The notes below the pieces were generated by a model, which searched no databases, was not told the DNA's origin, and worked only from the letters and a program-made list of their open reading frames with translations. A stretch of DNA of 64,000 nt, from the NCBI GenBank assembly GCA_963770105.1, contig CAVYOL010000006.1, positions 61,540 to 125,539 on the forward strand, written 5' to 3'. How positions within the stretch are numbered: position 1 is the first letter of the stretch; the number at the start of each line of letters is the position of its first letter. The position numbers and the translations under genes were made by a program. The stretch comes from an uncultured Acidimicrobiia bacterium. Its GTDB lineage: Bacteria; Actinomycetota; Acidimicrobiia; IMCC26256; JAENVU01. Below, piece by piece: positions 13,988 through 26,058 of this stretch.

Positions 13988-15313
13988 ATGACGACGGCGG
14001 GGCCGCGCCGGTTGCTCGCACGCGCGACCTCGATCCTGCCTCGCGGCTCCGGAATCGTTGGCGCCTGGGTCCTCTTCAGCGGGGTCGCCAGCTACGGATT
14101 CCTCACGATCACCGGGCGCGCGCTCGGCCCGGAGCGCTACGGGGGGCTGTCCGCGCTCTGGGCGCTGGGCTTCCTGCTGGGTCCGGGCGCATGCCTGCCG
14201 GTCGAGCAGGAGGTGTCGCGGGCACTCGCGAGCCGGGCCGCCCGGGGGCTGGGCGGGGGACCACTCGTCCGGCGGGCGAGCATCGGTGCCGCGGTGCTCG
14301 CGGCCGTGCTCGTCGGCCTCGCGCTCGTCGCCTCGCCGTGGCTCGTCCACGACGTCTTCGACGACCAGATCCTGCTGCTCGTCGGTCTGCTCCTGCTGCT
14401 CGCCGGCTACTCGCTCGAGTACCTGGTCCGCGGGATCTTCGCCGGCAACTCGCGGTTCCGCCCGTACGGCATCCTGATCGGCGGCGAGGCGGGGAGCCGG
14501 CTGCTCGTCACGATCCTCCTCGTCGTGGCCGGGGTCGCGACCGCGGGTCCCTACGGCGTGATGCTCGGTGTGGCCCCGTTCATCGGCGTCCTGATCTCCC
14601 TGCGTGATCGGCAGGGCCTGGTCACGCCGGGGCCGCCCGCGCCCTGGCGCGAGCTGTCGCGCTCGTTCGGCTGGCTGCTCGCGGGCTCGCTGTTCGCGCA
14701 GGCCCTGCTCAACACCGGGCCGATCCTCGTCCAGGTGCTCGGATCGGACACGAACAGCTCCGCCACCGGTCAGTTCCTCGCCAGCCTGGTCATTGCGCGC
14801 GTACCGGTCTTCCTGTTCCAAGGTGTGCAAGCCGCGCTGCTGCCGCGGCTGTCGGGCCACGCCGGCGCGGGGCAGGTGCGCGACCTGCGCGCCGAGACCC
14901 GGCGCATGACCGCGGCGATCGGTGCGCTGTGCGTGGTCGCGACCGTCGGGGCGTGGGTGCTCGGGCCGACCGTCGTGCGCATCGCGTTCGGGGCGGACTT
15001 CGCGCTCGGGAGCCGGGATCTCGCCGTGCTCGCCGCCGCCTCCTGCATCTATCTCCTGGCCCTGACGCTGTGCCAGGCGCTGATCGCCCTGCGCGAGCAA
15101 CCGCGGGTCGCGCTCGGGTGGGGGATCGGCATCCTCGCGCTGGCGGTGGTGACCGTGCTGGGCCACGACCTGCTCCTTCGCGTGGAGCTCGGCTTCCTCA
15201 TCGGAGCGATCGCCGCGACGGCCGCCATGGCGCTTCTCCTGGCCGGTCCGATGCGGCGCGGAGTGGCGATCTCGAGCCCCACCATTCCAGAAACGGGTCT
15301 GGCGGCCGGATAG
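13988..15313 (+). CDS. polysaccharide flippase-like (MOP/Wzx-type) multi-TM protein
   Basis: Intact 441-aa ORF, highly hydrophobic. It is a paralog of the interrupted gene at 1898..3309 and is the first gene of the glycan cluster. Confidence 0.7.
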   Translation: MTTAGPRRLLARATSILPRGSGIVGAWVLFSGVASYGFLTITGRALGPERYGGLSALWALGFLLGPGACLPVEQEVSRALASRAARGLGGGPLVRRASIGAAVLAAVLVGLALVASPWLVHDVFDDQILLLVGLLLLLAGYSLEYLVRGIFAGNSRFRPYGILIGGEAGSRLLVTILLVVAGVATAGPYGVMLGVAPFIGVLISLRDRQGLVTPGPPAPWRELSRSFGWLLAGSLFAQALLNTGPILVQVLGSDTNSSATGQFLASLVIARVPVFLFQGVQAALLPRLSGHAGAGQVRDLRAETRRMTAAIGALCVVATVGAWVLGPTVVRIAFGADFALGSRDLAVLAAASCIYLLALTLCQALIALREQPRVALGWGIGILALAVVTVLGHDLLLRVELGFLIGAIAATAAMALLLAGPMRRGVAISSPTIPETGLAAG

Positions 15314-15392
15314 CCTGCGCCACCAAGTCCGTACGGGGGCACGGTGGGGAACGGTCGCCGGGAGTCGGCCGTCGAGGAGAATCGGGGGATAC

Positions 15393-16543
<1,151 letters not shown>

Positions 16544-18195
16544 ACGACCCGCGGCACTGACCCGCGCGCACCGCCGGCGCACGCGCCGGCGGTACCTCGT
16601 CGGCTGCATCTCCGTCCTGCTGGTCGCGCTCTTCCTGCGCGTCTACGCGCTCGGCTCCCAGAGCTTCTGGATCGACGAGATCAGCGTCACGTCCTTCGTG
16701 CGCTCCGGGCACCTGCTGTCGGACCTGCGCGACCGCGGGGGGCCGTTCGAGCCGCCCCTCCACTACCTGACGGTCCTCGCGGCCCTGCACCTCCCGTTCG
16801 GGTTCGAGACCGCGGCGCGCATCCCGTCGGTGATCTTCGGCACGATCGAGGTCCTCGCGCTCATCCTGCTGACCCGCGAGGCGACGACCCGGCGCAGCAC
16901 TGCGCTGGTGGCCGGGCTCCTGCTCGCGGTCGCGCCGTTCGCGGTCCGCTACAGCCAGGAGAACCGCTACTACGTGATGTTCTCCGCGCTCGTGCTGCTG
17001 TCGTGGTGGTTGCTGCTGCGGGGGTTCCGGCTGGGGACGCTCGGGAACTGGGTCTGGTACGGCGTCGTGGCCGCGCTCATGCAGCTCACGCATCCGTTCG
17101 CGCCGCTCGTCCTGCTGCTCGAGGCCCTGGTGGTCGGGGTGATGCTGTGGCGGGAGCGGGGAACCCCGAAGCCCAAGGTGCTGCGGCGCGGCTACGGGCT
17201 CGCGATCGTCGTCGGGCTCGTGCTGATCCTGCCCTGGTACGTGTACGGCGCGCTCGAAGTGGATCCCCAACGCGCTCGACGGGAAGTCGTACGCACTGAA
17301 CCCGTCCGGTCAGTTCGCGGTGCCGCTCGACACCGACCTCTTCAAGCGCGGGCGCCGAGTGGCTCCTCGGGAACGCGCAGGACATCACGGTCCTCGTCGT
17401 GATCCTGGTGGTGCTCGTGGTCGCGGCGCCGTTCCTGGCCCGCGGCCGCGAGCGAGTGGTCGCCGCGTCGACGCTCGCGTACGTGTTCGTCTTCGTGCTG
17501 GTGCTCGTCCCGCTCGCCCGCGCGCTCGGGACCTACTTCGCCTACCGGCGCATCGAGTCGTTGGTCGCGCCGATGCTGCTCCTCGTCGCGGTGGCGCTCG
17601 TGGCCGGCGTCTATCGCCTGTTCGCGATGCACCTGGACCGCAACGTCGCACTGGGCGTCGGCGCGGTCGCGGTGATCGTGGTCACCGGGCTCGCGCTCTC
17701 GGCGACGATCTCGTACTACGGCACCGACAAGACGAACTACCGGGCCTTCGCCCGCGCCGTGCGCGACGCGCCGCCCGGCCAGAGCGTCGTCGTCGGCTCC
17801 TCCACCCGCCGGGCCGCCGGGCTGATCCGGGACTACCTCCACTGGAAGGGTGTCAATCGGCCCGTGACGTTCCTGGTGCCGGGGAGCAAGCCGTTGAGCG
17901 GCCCGGTGCCGGCGGACGGCGTGCTGTGGCTCACGGGCGCGCCACCGAACCGGACCGACATGACCACCACACCCTTGAACGACCTCGCGAAGATGCAGGT
18001 GATCGCGGGGGACCGTTCGGGTCTGCTGATCGTGCTGCCGTGGTTCGCGTCGACGTCGCACCCGACCTCGGCCGCCGAGCTCGAGACCCAGCGACAAGCC
18101 ATCGCCCATCTGCCGCCGTTCCTTCCCGCGCCGTGACGCGACGGAGCGGGGATGAGGGTGGTTCGGGAAGGGTGGCCGGTAGGCTGCCCGGCGTT

Positions 18196-19156
18196 GTGAA
18201 CTCGAGCGCTGCACCAGGATCGCCCGCTCCCCGAACGGTCCTCGTGACCGGCGGCTGCGGCTTCATCGGCGTGAACCTGGCGCGCCAGCTCGTCGCGGCC
18301 GGGTACGTTCCCGTCGCCTACGACAACCTCTCGACCGGCCGGCTCGAAGACGGCCACGCCGCCGGGTACGCGGAGATCATCGAGGCGGACATCCTCGACG
18401 CCGACACGCTCGCGGCCGCGGCTCGCGGCGTCTACGGGGTCGTGCACCTCGCGGCTCAGACCGGCGTCGTCGCTTCGGTGGAGGATCCGCGCGCCGACCT
18501 CGAGGTGAACGTGGGCGGCACCCTGAACGCGTTGCTCGCCGCGCGCGACGGCGGCGCCTCGGCGTTCGTGTTCGCGTCGTCCGGCGCGCCGCTCGGATCG
18601 GTCGACCCGCCCGGCCACGAGGGCCTCGCACCGCGACCGCTCTCGCCGTACGGGGCGTCGAAGCTCGCCGGTGAGGGCCTGTGCTCGGCGTTCGCGGGCT
18701 CGTACGGCCTCGCGGCCAACGCGCTGCGATTCACCAACGTCTACGGCCCGTACAGCTACCACAAGGGCAGCGTGGTGGCGGCGTTCATGAAGCGCATCAT
18801 GGATGGCGAGCCGCTCGTGGTCTACGGCGACGGCAGCCAGACCCGGGACTTCCTCTACGTCGACGACCTGTGCCGAGGCGGTCATCGCGGTGCTCGAACG
18901 CCGACCGGCGGGCGAGCTGTTCCAGCTCGGCACCGGGATCGAGACGTCGGTCACGGATCTGGTGAAGCAGCTGGTGGCGATCTTCCCGGAGCGTGACGTC
19001 CCGATCCGGTACGAGCCGGCGCGCGCGGGCGAGATCGCGCGCGCGTTCTCGGACATCTCTCGGGCGCGCGCGGCCTTGGACTACCGGCCGTCGGTGGAGC
19101 TGGACGAAGGACTCCGAATCACGCGCGACTGGTTCGTGAGCGCGTCGCGCGCATGA
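18196..19156 (+). pseudogene. NAD-dependent sugar-nucleotide epimerase/dehydratase (SDR), one +1 interruption near 18872
   Basis: VLVTGGCGFIGVNL Rossmann motif and YGASKLAGE catalytic Tyr/Lys. The C-terminus is on ORF 18803..19156, and dropping one c after DDLC restores EAVIAVLER. Confidence 0.85.
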
Positions 19157-20010
19157 AGCTCCGCACCCGCCTGCTGGCCGGCGTCACGGCGGTCGTCGCG
19201 GTCCGCCTCGCGCTCGAGGTGCGCGCCGAGCGCGCCCGCCGGCGCGCGGTCGATCAGCAGCTCGGCGATCTCGTCCGAGCGCGCGCGCTCGAGGAGATCG
19301 AGGTCGGCGCGCGCCAGCCGGCCGCGGGGCCCGAGATCGCGATCGTCATCGCGGCGCTGGACGAAGAGGAAGCGATCGTGTCCGTGCTCGAGGCGCTGCC
19401 GACCGAGCTGTACGGCCACCGGGTGACGCCGATCGTCGTGGTCGACGGCGGGACCGACGACACGGCCGGCGTCGTCGTGACCGCCGGGCACGTCGCGCTG
19501 CGCCACGAGGTCAACCGGGGCCAGGGGGACGCGCTGCGCACCGGGTTCGCGCTCGCGCTCGAACGCAAGGCCGCGATCGTCATGACCATGGACGCGGACG
19601 GCCAGCACCGGCCCGAGGACCTGCCGCAGCTGCTCGAGCCGATCCTCGCGGACGAGGCGGACTACGTGCAGGGCTCCCGCTACCTCGGGGTGTACGACGA
19701 CGCCGGCGGCGCGCGCGACGTCGGCATCCGCGGCTTCACCCAGCTCATCAACTTCGCGAGCGGTGCGGGCATCACCGACTGCACGAACGGGTTTCGTGCG
19801 ATCCGCGGCGACGCGCTCGCCCGCCTGCAGCTCGAAGAGCCCCGGTTCTCCGCGGCCGAGCTCATCATGGAGTCGGCCCGCCAGAACCTGCGCATCCGTG
19901 AGGTGTCCGTGCACATCCAGTCACGGAGCCACGGGGAGAGCAAGAAGCCGCGCCGGCTGCGCTACCCCCTCGGCTACCTCGGAGTGATCGTCCGCACCTG
20001 GCGGCGCTGA
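19153..20010 (+). CDS. GT2 polyprenyl-phosphate glycosyltransferase-like (Dpm1/ArnC/GtrB type)
   Basis: 285-aa ORF with ATGA overlap on the epimerase. It has an N-terminal TM, IAIVIAALDEEE, VVVDGGTDDT and a MDADGQH DXD motif. Confidence 0.8.
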   Translation: MKLRTRLLAGVTAVVAVRLALEVRAERARRRAVDQQLGDLVRARALEEIEVGARQPAAGPEIAIVIAALDEEEAIVSVLEALPTELYGHRVTPIVVVDGGTDDTAGVVVTAGHVALRHEVNRGQGDALRTGFALALERKAAIVMTMDADGQHRPEDLPQLLEPILADEADYVQGSRYLGVYDDAGGARDVGIRGFTQLINFASGAGITDCTNGFRAIRGDALARLQLEEPRFSAAELIMESARQNLRIREVSVHIQSRSHGESKKPRRLRYPLGYLGVIVRTWRR

Positions 20011-20055
20011 TGATCCCAGCACCGGCGTGACCCGGCGGCGGGCGTTGGTCTCCGG

Positions 20056-21978
20056 ATGACGAGCGCGCTGTGGTGCTGCGTCGCGCTCGTCGCGTGGGTC
20101 GTGCTCCCGGGTGTGGCGACTGCCGCGGTCGTGTGTCGCGACCCGAAGCCGGTGACGCCGGTGCGGGCGCTGACGATCGGCTTGGCGAGCGGGCTGACGG
20201 TCTGGTTCCTGGGCAGCGAGCTGCTCGCGCGGGTCAGCCTCATGTCGACCGCAGGCGCCGTGGTCGCGACCGTGGTCGTCGGGGTCGCGTCACTCGTCGT
20301 CATCATCGGTCCCGGCCGGCCCGGGTTGCGGACGCTGCGGAGCGAGCCGGTCCTGGTCGAGCTCACCGTCATGCTCGTCGCCGCGGTCGCCGTGGCGCTG
20401 CCACTCCTCGCCCTGGTGGCGAAGCGCACCGACAGCCTCAACGGGCCGACGCCCTGGTACTACCTCGACCTCGCCCGGGCCGTCATCCACACCCACGGCG
20501 TGCCCGCGACGTCTCCCGAGTGGGCGACGCACCTGCCGTTCCTCGACGACTACCCGGCCTTCACCTCGGGCACCGCGTTGCTCCTCGCGGTCGGCGGAGC
20601 CAAGTCGATGGCCGCCGCACAGGCCGTTCGGATCCTCACCCTCGTCGCCATCGGGGCCGGCGCGTACCTGTTCGCCCGGGCGCTGGGTGCCGCGCGTTCG
20701 GCGGCGGCGGTGTCGCTCGTCGTGCTGTTCGTCGGGACCACCTACGTCGGGAAGCTCGCGTCGTACCGGCCCGAAGCGAGCGGGTACGCGCTCGTCTTCC
20801 TCGTGGGCGCGCTGGCCAAGCTGTGGCTCGACCACCGCCGCAACTTCGATCTCGTGCTCGCGACCATCGTCCTGCTCGCCCTCAGCGAGGTGCACGGCAT
20901 CGGCTGGTTGTTCGGAGCGATGATCGTCGGCGGTCTCGCGGTCGCGTGCGTGCTGTTCTCGGCGGAGCGCCGCGCCGCGCTGCGTGCCGCGGTCCTGCTC
21001 GTCGGCGTGCTGATCGGCGGCTGGCTCGTCGGCAACCTCGCGCTGGGCGGTGGGCTGTCCGGCGCGAGCAAGCTCGGCGGGCTCCCGCCGTCGAACGGTG
21101 GCGACCCGACCTGGCGCTTCGTCAACCTGGTCGCCGGTCGGATCGCGCCGCGCCCGGCGCCGAGCGCGGCGGAGGCGGCCCGCCGCGGCATCAGCCGGGG
21201 CTTCATCAGCATGGGTGCCTGGTGGTACCTCGCCGTCGTCGTCGTGGTCGTCGTCGCGCTGATCGTCATCGCGTTCGTCGGCCGCGCGTCGCTGCGGCGG
21301 GCCGTGCGCGAGTACTCGGCCATGGCGCTGATCGTCGTCGCGGGATGCGCGGCGGTCTCGATCTGGTTCGCGATCCGGTGGTCGACGTACGTGCCGACCC
21401 GCACCGGTTGGGGTCGCGTGTTCCCGTTGAGCTTCGCCCTCCTCCCGGCCGGGGTTGCGCTCGTGGTCACCGCGTTGCCGAGTCGGCGGCTCCGGCTCGT
21501 GGCGTCCGCGCTGGTGCTCGCGCTCGGCGTCGCGACGATGGTGCACGCGAGCGACTACTACCGCCAGCTCGATCGGCAGCAGCCGACGCGGGACACGCTG
21601 ACGTCCATGCGCACGCTCCGGCTCTCTCCCGATGACCTGGTGTTGACGAACGCGTACTCCGAGGGCTTCGTCGGCGCGGTGCCGGGTGCGCACGGAGTGC
21701 TCGACGGGCGCGCGCCGTACTCCGAGCCGAAGACGCTGAAGCGGGCGAACCAGCTGCTCGAGCAGAGCATCCGGTTCTTCTCGGACCCGGTGAACCAGCC
21801 CCTGCCCGCCGACGCCAAGGGCACCGACTACGTGCTCGTGGCGACGACCCCCTCGGTGCTCGGGACCCCGCTGCTCTTCCAGACCAACTACACCGCGCTC
21901 GCGCAGCGGCCCGGTCTGAAGCTCGTGCGCTCGGGCCCCGGCTACCTGCTCTACAAGGTGACGCCGAGCGCCCCCTGA
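20056..21978 (+). CDS. large polytopic membrane protein with C-terminal soluble domain (GT-C-like, putative)
   Basis: Intact 640-aa ORF with at least 12 hydrophobic segments, then a soluble tail of about 130 aa. The GT-C assignment rests on architecture and context only. Confidence 0.5.
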   Translation: MTSALWCCVALVAWVVLPGVATAAVVCRDPKPVTPVRALTIGLASGLTVWFLGSELLARVSLMSTAGAVVATVVVGVASLVVIIGPGRPGLRTLRSEPVLVELTVMLVAAVAVALPLLALVAKRTDSLNGPTPWYYLDLARAVIHTHGVPATSPEWATHLPFLDDYPAFTSGTALLLAVGGAKSMAAAQAVRILTLVAIGAGAYLFARALGAARSAAAVSLVVLFVGTTYVGKLASYRPEASGYALVFLVGALAKLWLDHRRNFDLVLATIVLLALSEVHGIGWLFGAMIVGGLAVACVLFSAERRAALRAAVLLVGVLIGGWLVGNLALGGGLSGASKLGGLPPSNGGDPTWRFVNLVAGRIAPRPAPSAAEAARRGISRGFISMGAWWYLAVVVVVVVALIVIAFVGRASLRRAVREYSAMALIVVAGCAAVSIWFAIRWSTYVPTRTGWGRVFPLSFALLPAGVALVVTALPSRRLRLVASALVLALGVATMVHASDYYRQLDRQQPTRDTLTSMRTLRLSPDDLVLTNAYSEGFVGAVPGAHGVLDGRAPYSEPKTLKRANQLLEQSIRFFSDPVNQPLPADAKGTDYVLVATTPSVLGTPLLFQTNYTALAQRPGLKLVRSGPGYLLYKVTPSAP

Positions 21979-21996
21979 GCTCGGGCCGGCGCCGGG

Positions 21997-23994
21997 TCAG
22001 CGGCCCGGGCAGACCGCGGCCTGGTTCACGACGACCGGACCCGAGCCGATGCCGTGGAAGCCCGCAACCGGCTCGTAGCCGATCATCCGCACGATGCTCA
22101 CCCGGTCCTGCGTGTTGAGCGTCGAGCCCGCGGGCAGCCCGTCCGGCAGCCGGTAGCGGAGCCGGAACGAGTTGCGGTCCAACCGCGTCTGGGTCGGGTG
22201 GATCTCGGTGCCGTCGGGGAGGCGCAAGGTGAGCCGCGGGTTGGCGAACACGTCCGGGTACCTCGGCTCGAGCAGGACGTCGACCATCTTGATGCGCGGT
22301 CCGGAGAAGCCCACTGGGAGCGTCGCGCCGGGGTACAGGACCAGCGCCTCCGAGTCGTTGCGGTCCTCGTACACGATGTCGTGCCCGACGACGCGGGTGA
22401 GCGAGCTCGCGACGCGGTCCTTGGGGTCGACGCGGTACTTGGCCGACGGCCGCACGTCGCGGGTGCCCAGCAGCGAGCCGTCGTGGCGCAGCACGAGCGC
22501 CGCGTCGCGACGGGACGCGAGCCGGCAGAGCCCGCCGAGCCCCTCGTGGAACGCGGCCTCCGAGATCTTGAGTCGTTCGAGGTAGCTCAGCCCCGTCTCG
22601 TCCTTGGGGTCGAACCCGAGCTTGATCGAGCCGGGCAGCCAGAGGCTGAAGGGCTGCGCACCGGTCTCGGTCCACACGAAGTCGGCGTCGCCGTCCGGCG
22701 CGATGAGCTCGCGGTTGCCGTGCTGGATCACCTCGTCGCGCAGCTCGTCGAAGACCGGGTTCCAGTCCGCGTCCGCGTAGAGGTTCGGCCGCTCGAGCAC
22801 GCCCCACCGGAGGTTGACGGTGTCCAGGGTCCGCTGGGCCTCCCGGAAGCTCGGGACCGCGACCAGCGCGACGATCACGAGCAGCGCGGGGACGAACGGA
22901 GCCTTGCGCACGATGGCGGTCGCGCCGATGGTGGCGCAGATCAGCATCGGGATCGCGGCGAAGAGCCACACCCGCCGGTCGGTGATGAGGCCGGCGTCGC
23001 CGAGCGCGCTGGCCGCGAGCGCGAGTGGGATGGACACCGCGAGCCAGGTGGCCGCGTACCGCAGCGTGCGGTCGCGCCGACGGAACGTCAGGACGATGCC
23101 GGGGACCGCGAGCACGCCGACCATGCCGAGCGCGACGAGGATCCCCCACGGCGACAGCGGGGGGCTCGGGCGTCCGGGCCAGCTCTTGAGCAGCAGCGTG
23201 CGCGTGTCCAGGACGATGTGGAGCCGGGGCCACCACCACCACGCCGACAGCCCGAACGCGAGCACGGTCGAGAGTGAGACCTGGGCGACCCAAGCGCGGA
23301 GCTGGTCGCGCCAGGCCATCCAGAGGCCGTAGCTCGCGACGATCGCGATGCCGTAGAAGCCGAGCTGCGCGTGCACGCAGAAGACCACCGCGAGGATCAC
23401 GCCGACCACCGCGGCGCGCTTCAGCGTCCGGCCGCCGACCATGACGGCCAGCGCCGCGATGACCAGCACCAACGCGATGTCGCGCGGGTAGAGCGGCCAG
23501 AGGTTCGCCCCCGAGGGCAGGACGCTCTTCACCCAGATGAGCTGGTTGTCGACCGCGAGCGAGCTGCCGACCGTGCCCAGGAAGGCGAGGAGGGCCGGCT
23601 CGAGCCACCGCCGGGGCCAGATGTTGCGGCCGAGCCAGAGGAAGACGAGCGGCAGGGCGAGGGTCGCGAACCACGAGACGACCGAGAGGAAGCCGTCGAA
23701 CGAGACGCCGAGCCAGTGGCTCCCGTACGCGAGGCCGAGCGGGTAGAGGCCGCCGAAGTACGCCAGGAGGTGGTGGAACGGCCCTTGCCCCTGGAAGTCG
23801 CCACCGAGCATCTCGAGCCCGACACCCCGGTGGTACGCCACGTCGCCGTGCATGTCGGCGGACGTGTGGAAGAACAGCGACTGGACGATGAACGCGAACA
23901 GCAGTGTGAACGCGATGAGCGCGTAGGCCGCGACCCGTTCGCCGTGGGTCTCGGTATCGGGACGCGCCTCGACCGGGTCCGCTCGAGCTACCAA
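21997..23994 (-). CDS. large polytopic membrane protein with C-terminal soluble domain (GT-C-like, putative)
   Basis: This is the low-coordinate third of the artefactual 1813-aa ORF. Hydrophobic N-terminal 400 aa (..FTLLFAFIVQSLFFHTSADMHGDVAYH..) followed by a soluble domain of about 250 aa. An inferred TTG start at 23994 overlaps the upstream stop. Confidence 0.5.
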   Translation of the reverse strand: MVARADPVEARPDTETHGERVAAYALIAFTLLFAFIVQSLFFHTSADMHGDVAYHRGVGLEMLGGDFQGQGPFHHLLAYFGGLYPLGLAYGSHWLGVSFDGFLSVVSWFATLALPLVFLWLGRNIWPRRWLEPALLAFLGTVGSSLAVDNQLIWVKSVLPSGANLWPLYPRDIALVLVIAALAVMVGGRTLKRAAVVGVILAVVFCVHAQLGFYGIAIVASYGLWMAWRDQLRAWVAQVSLSTVLAFGLSAWWWWPRLHIVLDTRTLLLKSWPGRPSPPLSPWGILVALGMVGVLAVPGIVLTFRRRDRTLRYAATWLAVSIPLALAASALGDAGLITDRRVWLFAAIPMLICATIGATAIVRKAPFVPALLVIVALVAVPSFREAQRTLDTVNLRWGVLERPNLYADADWNPVFDELRDEVIQHGNRELIAPDGDADFVWTETGAQPFSLWLPGSIKLGFDPKDETGLSYLERLKISEAAFHEGLGGLCRLASRRDAALVLRHDGSLLGTRDVRPSAKYRVDPKDRVASSLTRVVGHDIVYEDRNDSEALVLYPGATLPVGFSGPRIKMVDVLLEPRYPDVFANPRLTLRLPDGTEIHPTQTRLDRNSFRLRYRLPDGLPAGSTLNTQDRVSIVRMIGYEPVAGFHGIGSGPVVVNQAAVCPGR

Positions 23995-25395
23995 GGACTC
24001 TCGCTGTACACCAGCGGATGTCCGGACCACGCCTTGGCGCTGAACGACACCGAGGTCACGCACGCCTTGGGCCCGCCGAGCGGCTTCCCGGTGGAGACGT
24101 CCTTGACGTAGCGACAGCCGGTGACGCCGAGCGGGAGCGAGCCCGTCTGCTTCGTGGTCGGCGAGACGTTCACGAGCGACATGCCGTTCGCGTACCGGCG
24201 GACCCAGATGCAGTGGACCGACGAGCCCGACGTGCACTGCGACGACTGCGGCGCACTCACGACCGGCGTGCCGAACGCGATGTTGGCCAGCTCGGGGTAC
24301 AGCGCCTGCCGGTTGCAGAGCGCGCCCGGCGCCGGGTTGCCGCAGCCGTCGTCGCCGGTGTTCACCGCGAGCGGGATCGTGAAGAGCTTCACCGCGCGCC
24401 CACTCGTAGTACGCGACGTCACGGCTGTGCTGCCCGCCCATCGTCCCCTGGGTCAGGAGCCCGACGACGTTCTTGCCCTGGTGCGACATCTGCTCGTTGA
24501 GCGAATTGGACCGGAAGTCGTTGGCCCAGCTCACGTCCTTGGGGTGGGCGACCGCCTCGTCGAGCACGCCGTCGACCTCGGGCCAGACGTCGTCGAGCGT
24601 CTTGCAGCCCTTCTGCTTCGCCTGGCACTTCGGGTCGCGGGGATCGGGCCGCATCGGCACCGTCTCGTCGAACGGGGAGGTGCCGTAGTTGAGGATGAGG
24701 TCGAGGCCGGCCTTGCGCACCTCGGAGGCCATGCCCACGTACGCGTCCGAGAGCGTCGCGTTCGGCGTGACCGGGTCCTGCGTGCAGGTCGAGACCTTGT
24801 CCCACGCCGGGTTCGCGACGTCGTCGCGCCCCGTCATCGCCGCGAAGCCCCGGTCGAAGAAGATGCCGTTCCAGCCCTGCTTCTTCAGGTCGTCCATCCG
24901 CTGGGCGAACGCCTGGCGGACTCCCTGCTCGTTCGAGTCCAGGAAGTACCACTTGACCCCGCGCGCGTCGGTGCGGGCCACGAGCGGCGTGGACCCGGAG
25001 AGGCAGAACGCCCAGTCCATCCGCTTCGTGACCTCGAGGCCGTCGTAGCTGTTGCCGTTGGCGAACCAGTACGCCTGCACGCCCCGGTACGCCTGCGCGC
25101 CCGTCTTCTTGATCGCGACGGCGGCCGTCCGCCCGGCGGTCTTGCCGGTCACGACGAGGCTGACGTTGCCGAGCTTGGAGAGATCCGTGCTCCGGGTGAT
25201 GCGCTGGTAGTAGAAGGCGATGTTCTCCCGACCGGGGGCGGTCAGCGTCGGGACGCCGGCCGGCGTCGGGGCCGTGGACGGCGGCGGGGAGGTGGTCGTG
25301 GTGGGCGCGGAGTCCGAGCCGCCGCCCCCGCAGGCCGCCAACAGGATCAGGCCGGCCAGGAACAGGACAGGGGGGAGTCGCATGGCGCCCATCAT
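23988..25395 (-). pseudogene. lipoprotein, glycoside-hydrolase-like TIM-barrel (GH114/GHL-type, putative), one +1 interruption near 24410
   Basis: Lipobox signal MRLPPVLFLAGLILLAAC-GGGG, a Thr/Pro linker, then ..WYFLDSNEQGVRQAF..QGWNGIFFDRG... The C-terminal 140 aa lie on ORF 23988..24422. The family call is tentative. Confidence 0.5.
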
Positions 25396-25467
25396 TGCCG
25401 AGCGGGTACCGGCGGAGCGGGCACCACTCGCCGGGTTCCGGGCCTCCGGCCGTAGACTCCGACGCAC

Positions 25468-26031
25468 ATGAAGGTCTACACACGCAAGGGCGACGACGGC
25501 AGCACCGGCCTGCTGTACGGCGGCCGGATCCCGAAGGATGCGCCCGGTCCCGCGGCCTACGGCGCGACCGACGAAGCGGTCTCGGCGCTCGGGCTCGCCC
25601 GCCCTGAATGTCCCCCTGACGGGGAGCTGAACGAGCTGCTCGTCCGGCTGCAACGCGAGCTCTTCGTCGTGGGCGCGGAGCTCGCGACCGCGCCCGACAA
25701 CCGGCACAAGCTGACGCCGGGCACGACGCTCGTCACCCCGGAGATGGTGACCGCGCTCGAGCCGGTCATCGACGACATCACCGCGCGCTTCGACCCGCCG
25801 ACGGAGTTCGCGCTGCCGGGCGAGAACCGGGTTGCCGCGGCGCTCGATCTCGCGCGCACGGTCGTGCGGCGCGCGGAGCGCGAGTCGGTCACCGCGACGA
25901 CGGTCGGCTGGCTCGAACCCGAGAGTCAGGTCGTGCCGTACCTCAACCGGCTCGCCGACCTGTGTTGGACCTTGGCCCGGTGGCAAGAGGGCGAGTTCCG
26001 CCCGGCCCGGGCCACGAGCACCACCCCCTGA
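25468..26031 (+). CDS. pduO: ATP:cob(I)alamin adenosyltransferase, PduO type
   Basis: 187-aa ORF beginning MKVYTRKGDDGSTGL, with ..LQRELFVVGAELA.., typical of PduO/MMAB. Confidence 0.88.
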   Translation: MKVYTRKGDDGSTGLLYGGRIPKDAPGPAAYGATDEAVSALGLARPECPPDGELNELLVRLQRELFVVGAELATAPDNRHKLTPGTTLVTPEMVTALEPVIDDITARFDPPTEFALPGENRVAAALDLARTVVRRAERESVTATTVGWLEPESQVVPYLNRLADLCWTLARWQEGEFRPARATSTTP

Positions 26032-26058
26032 ACCCACCCACTCCCTCCGGAGGCTTCC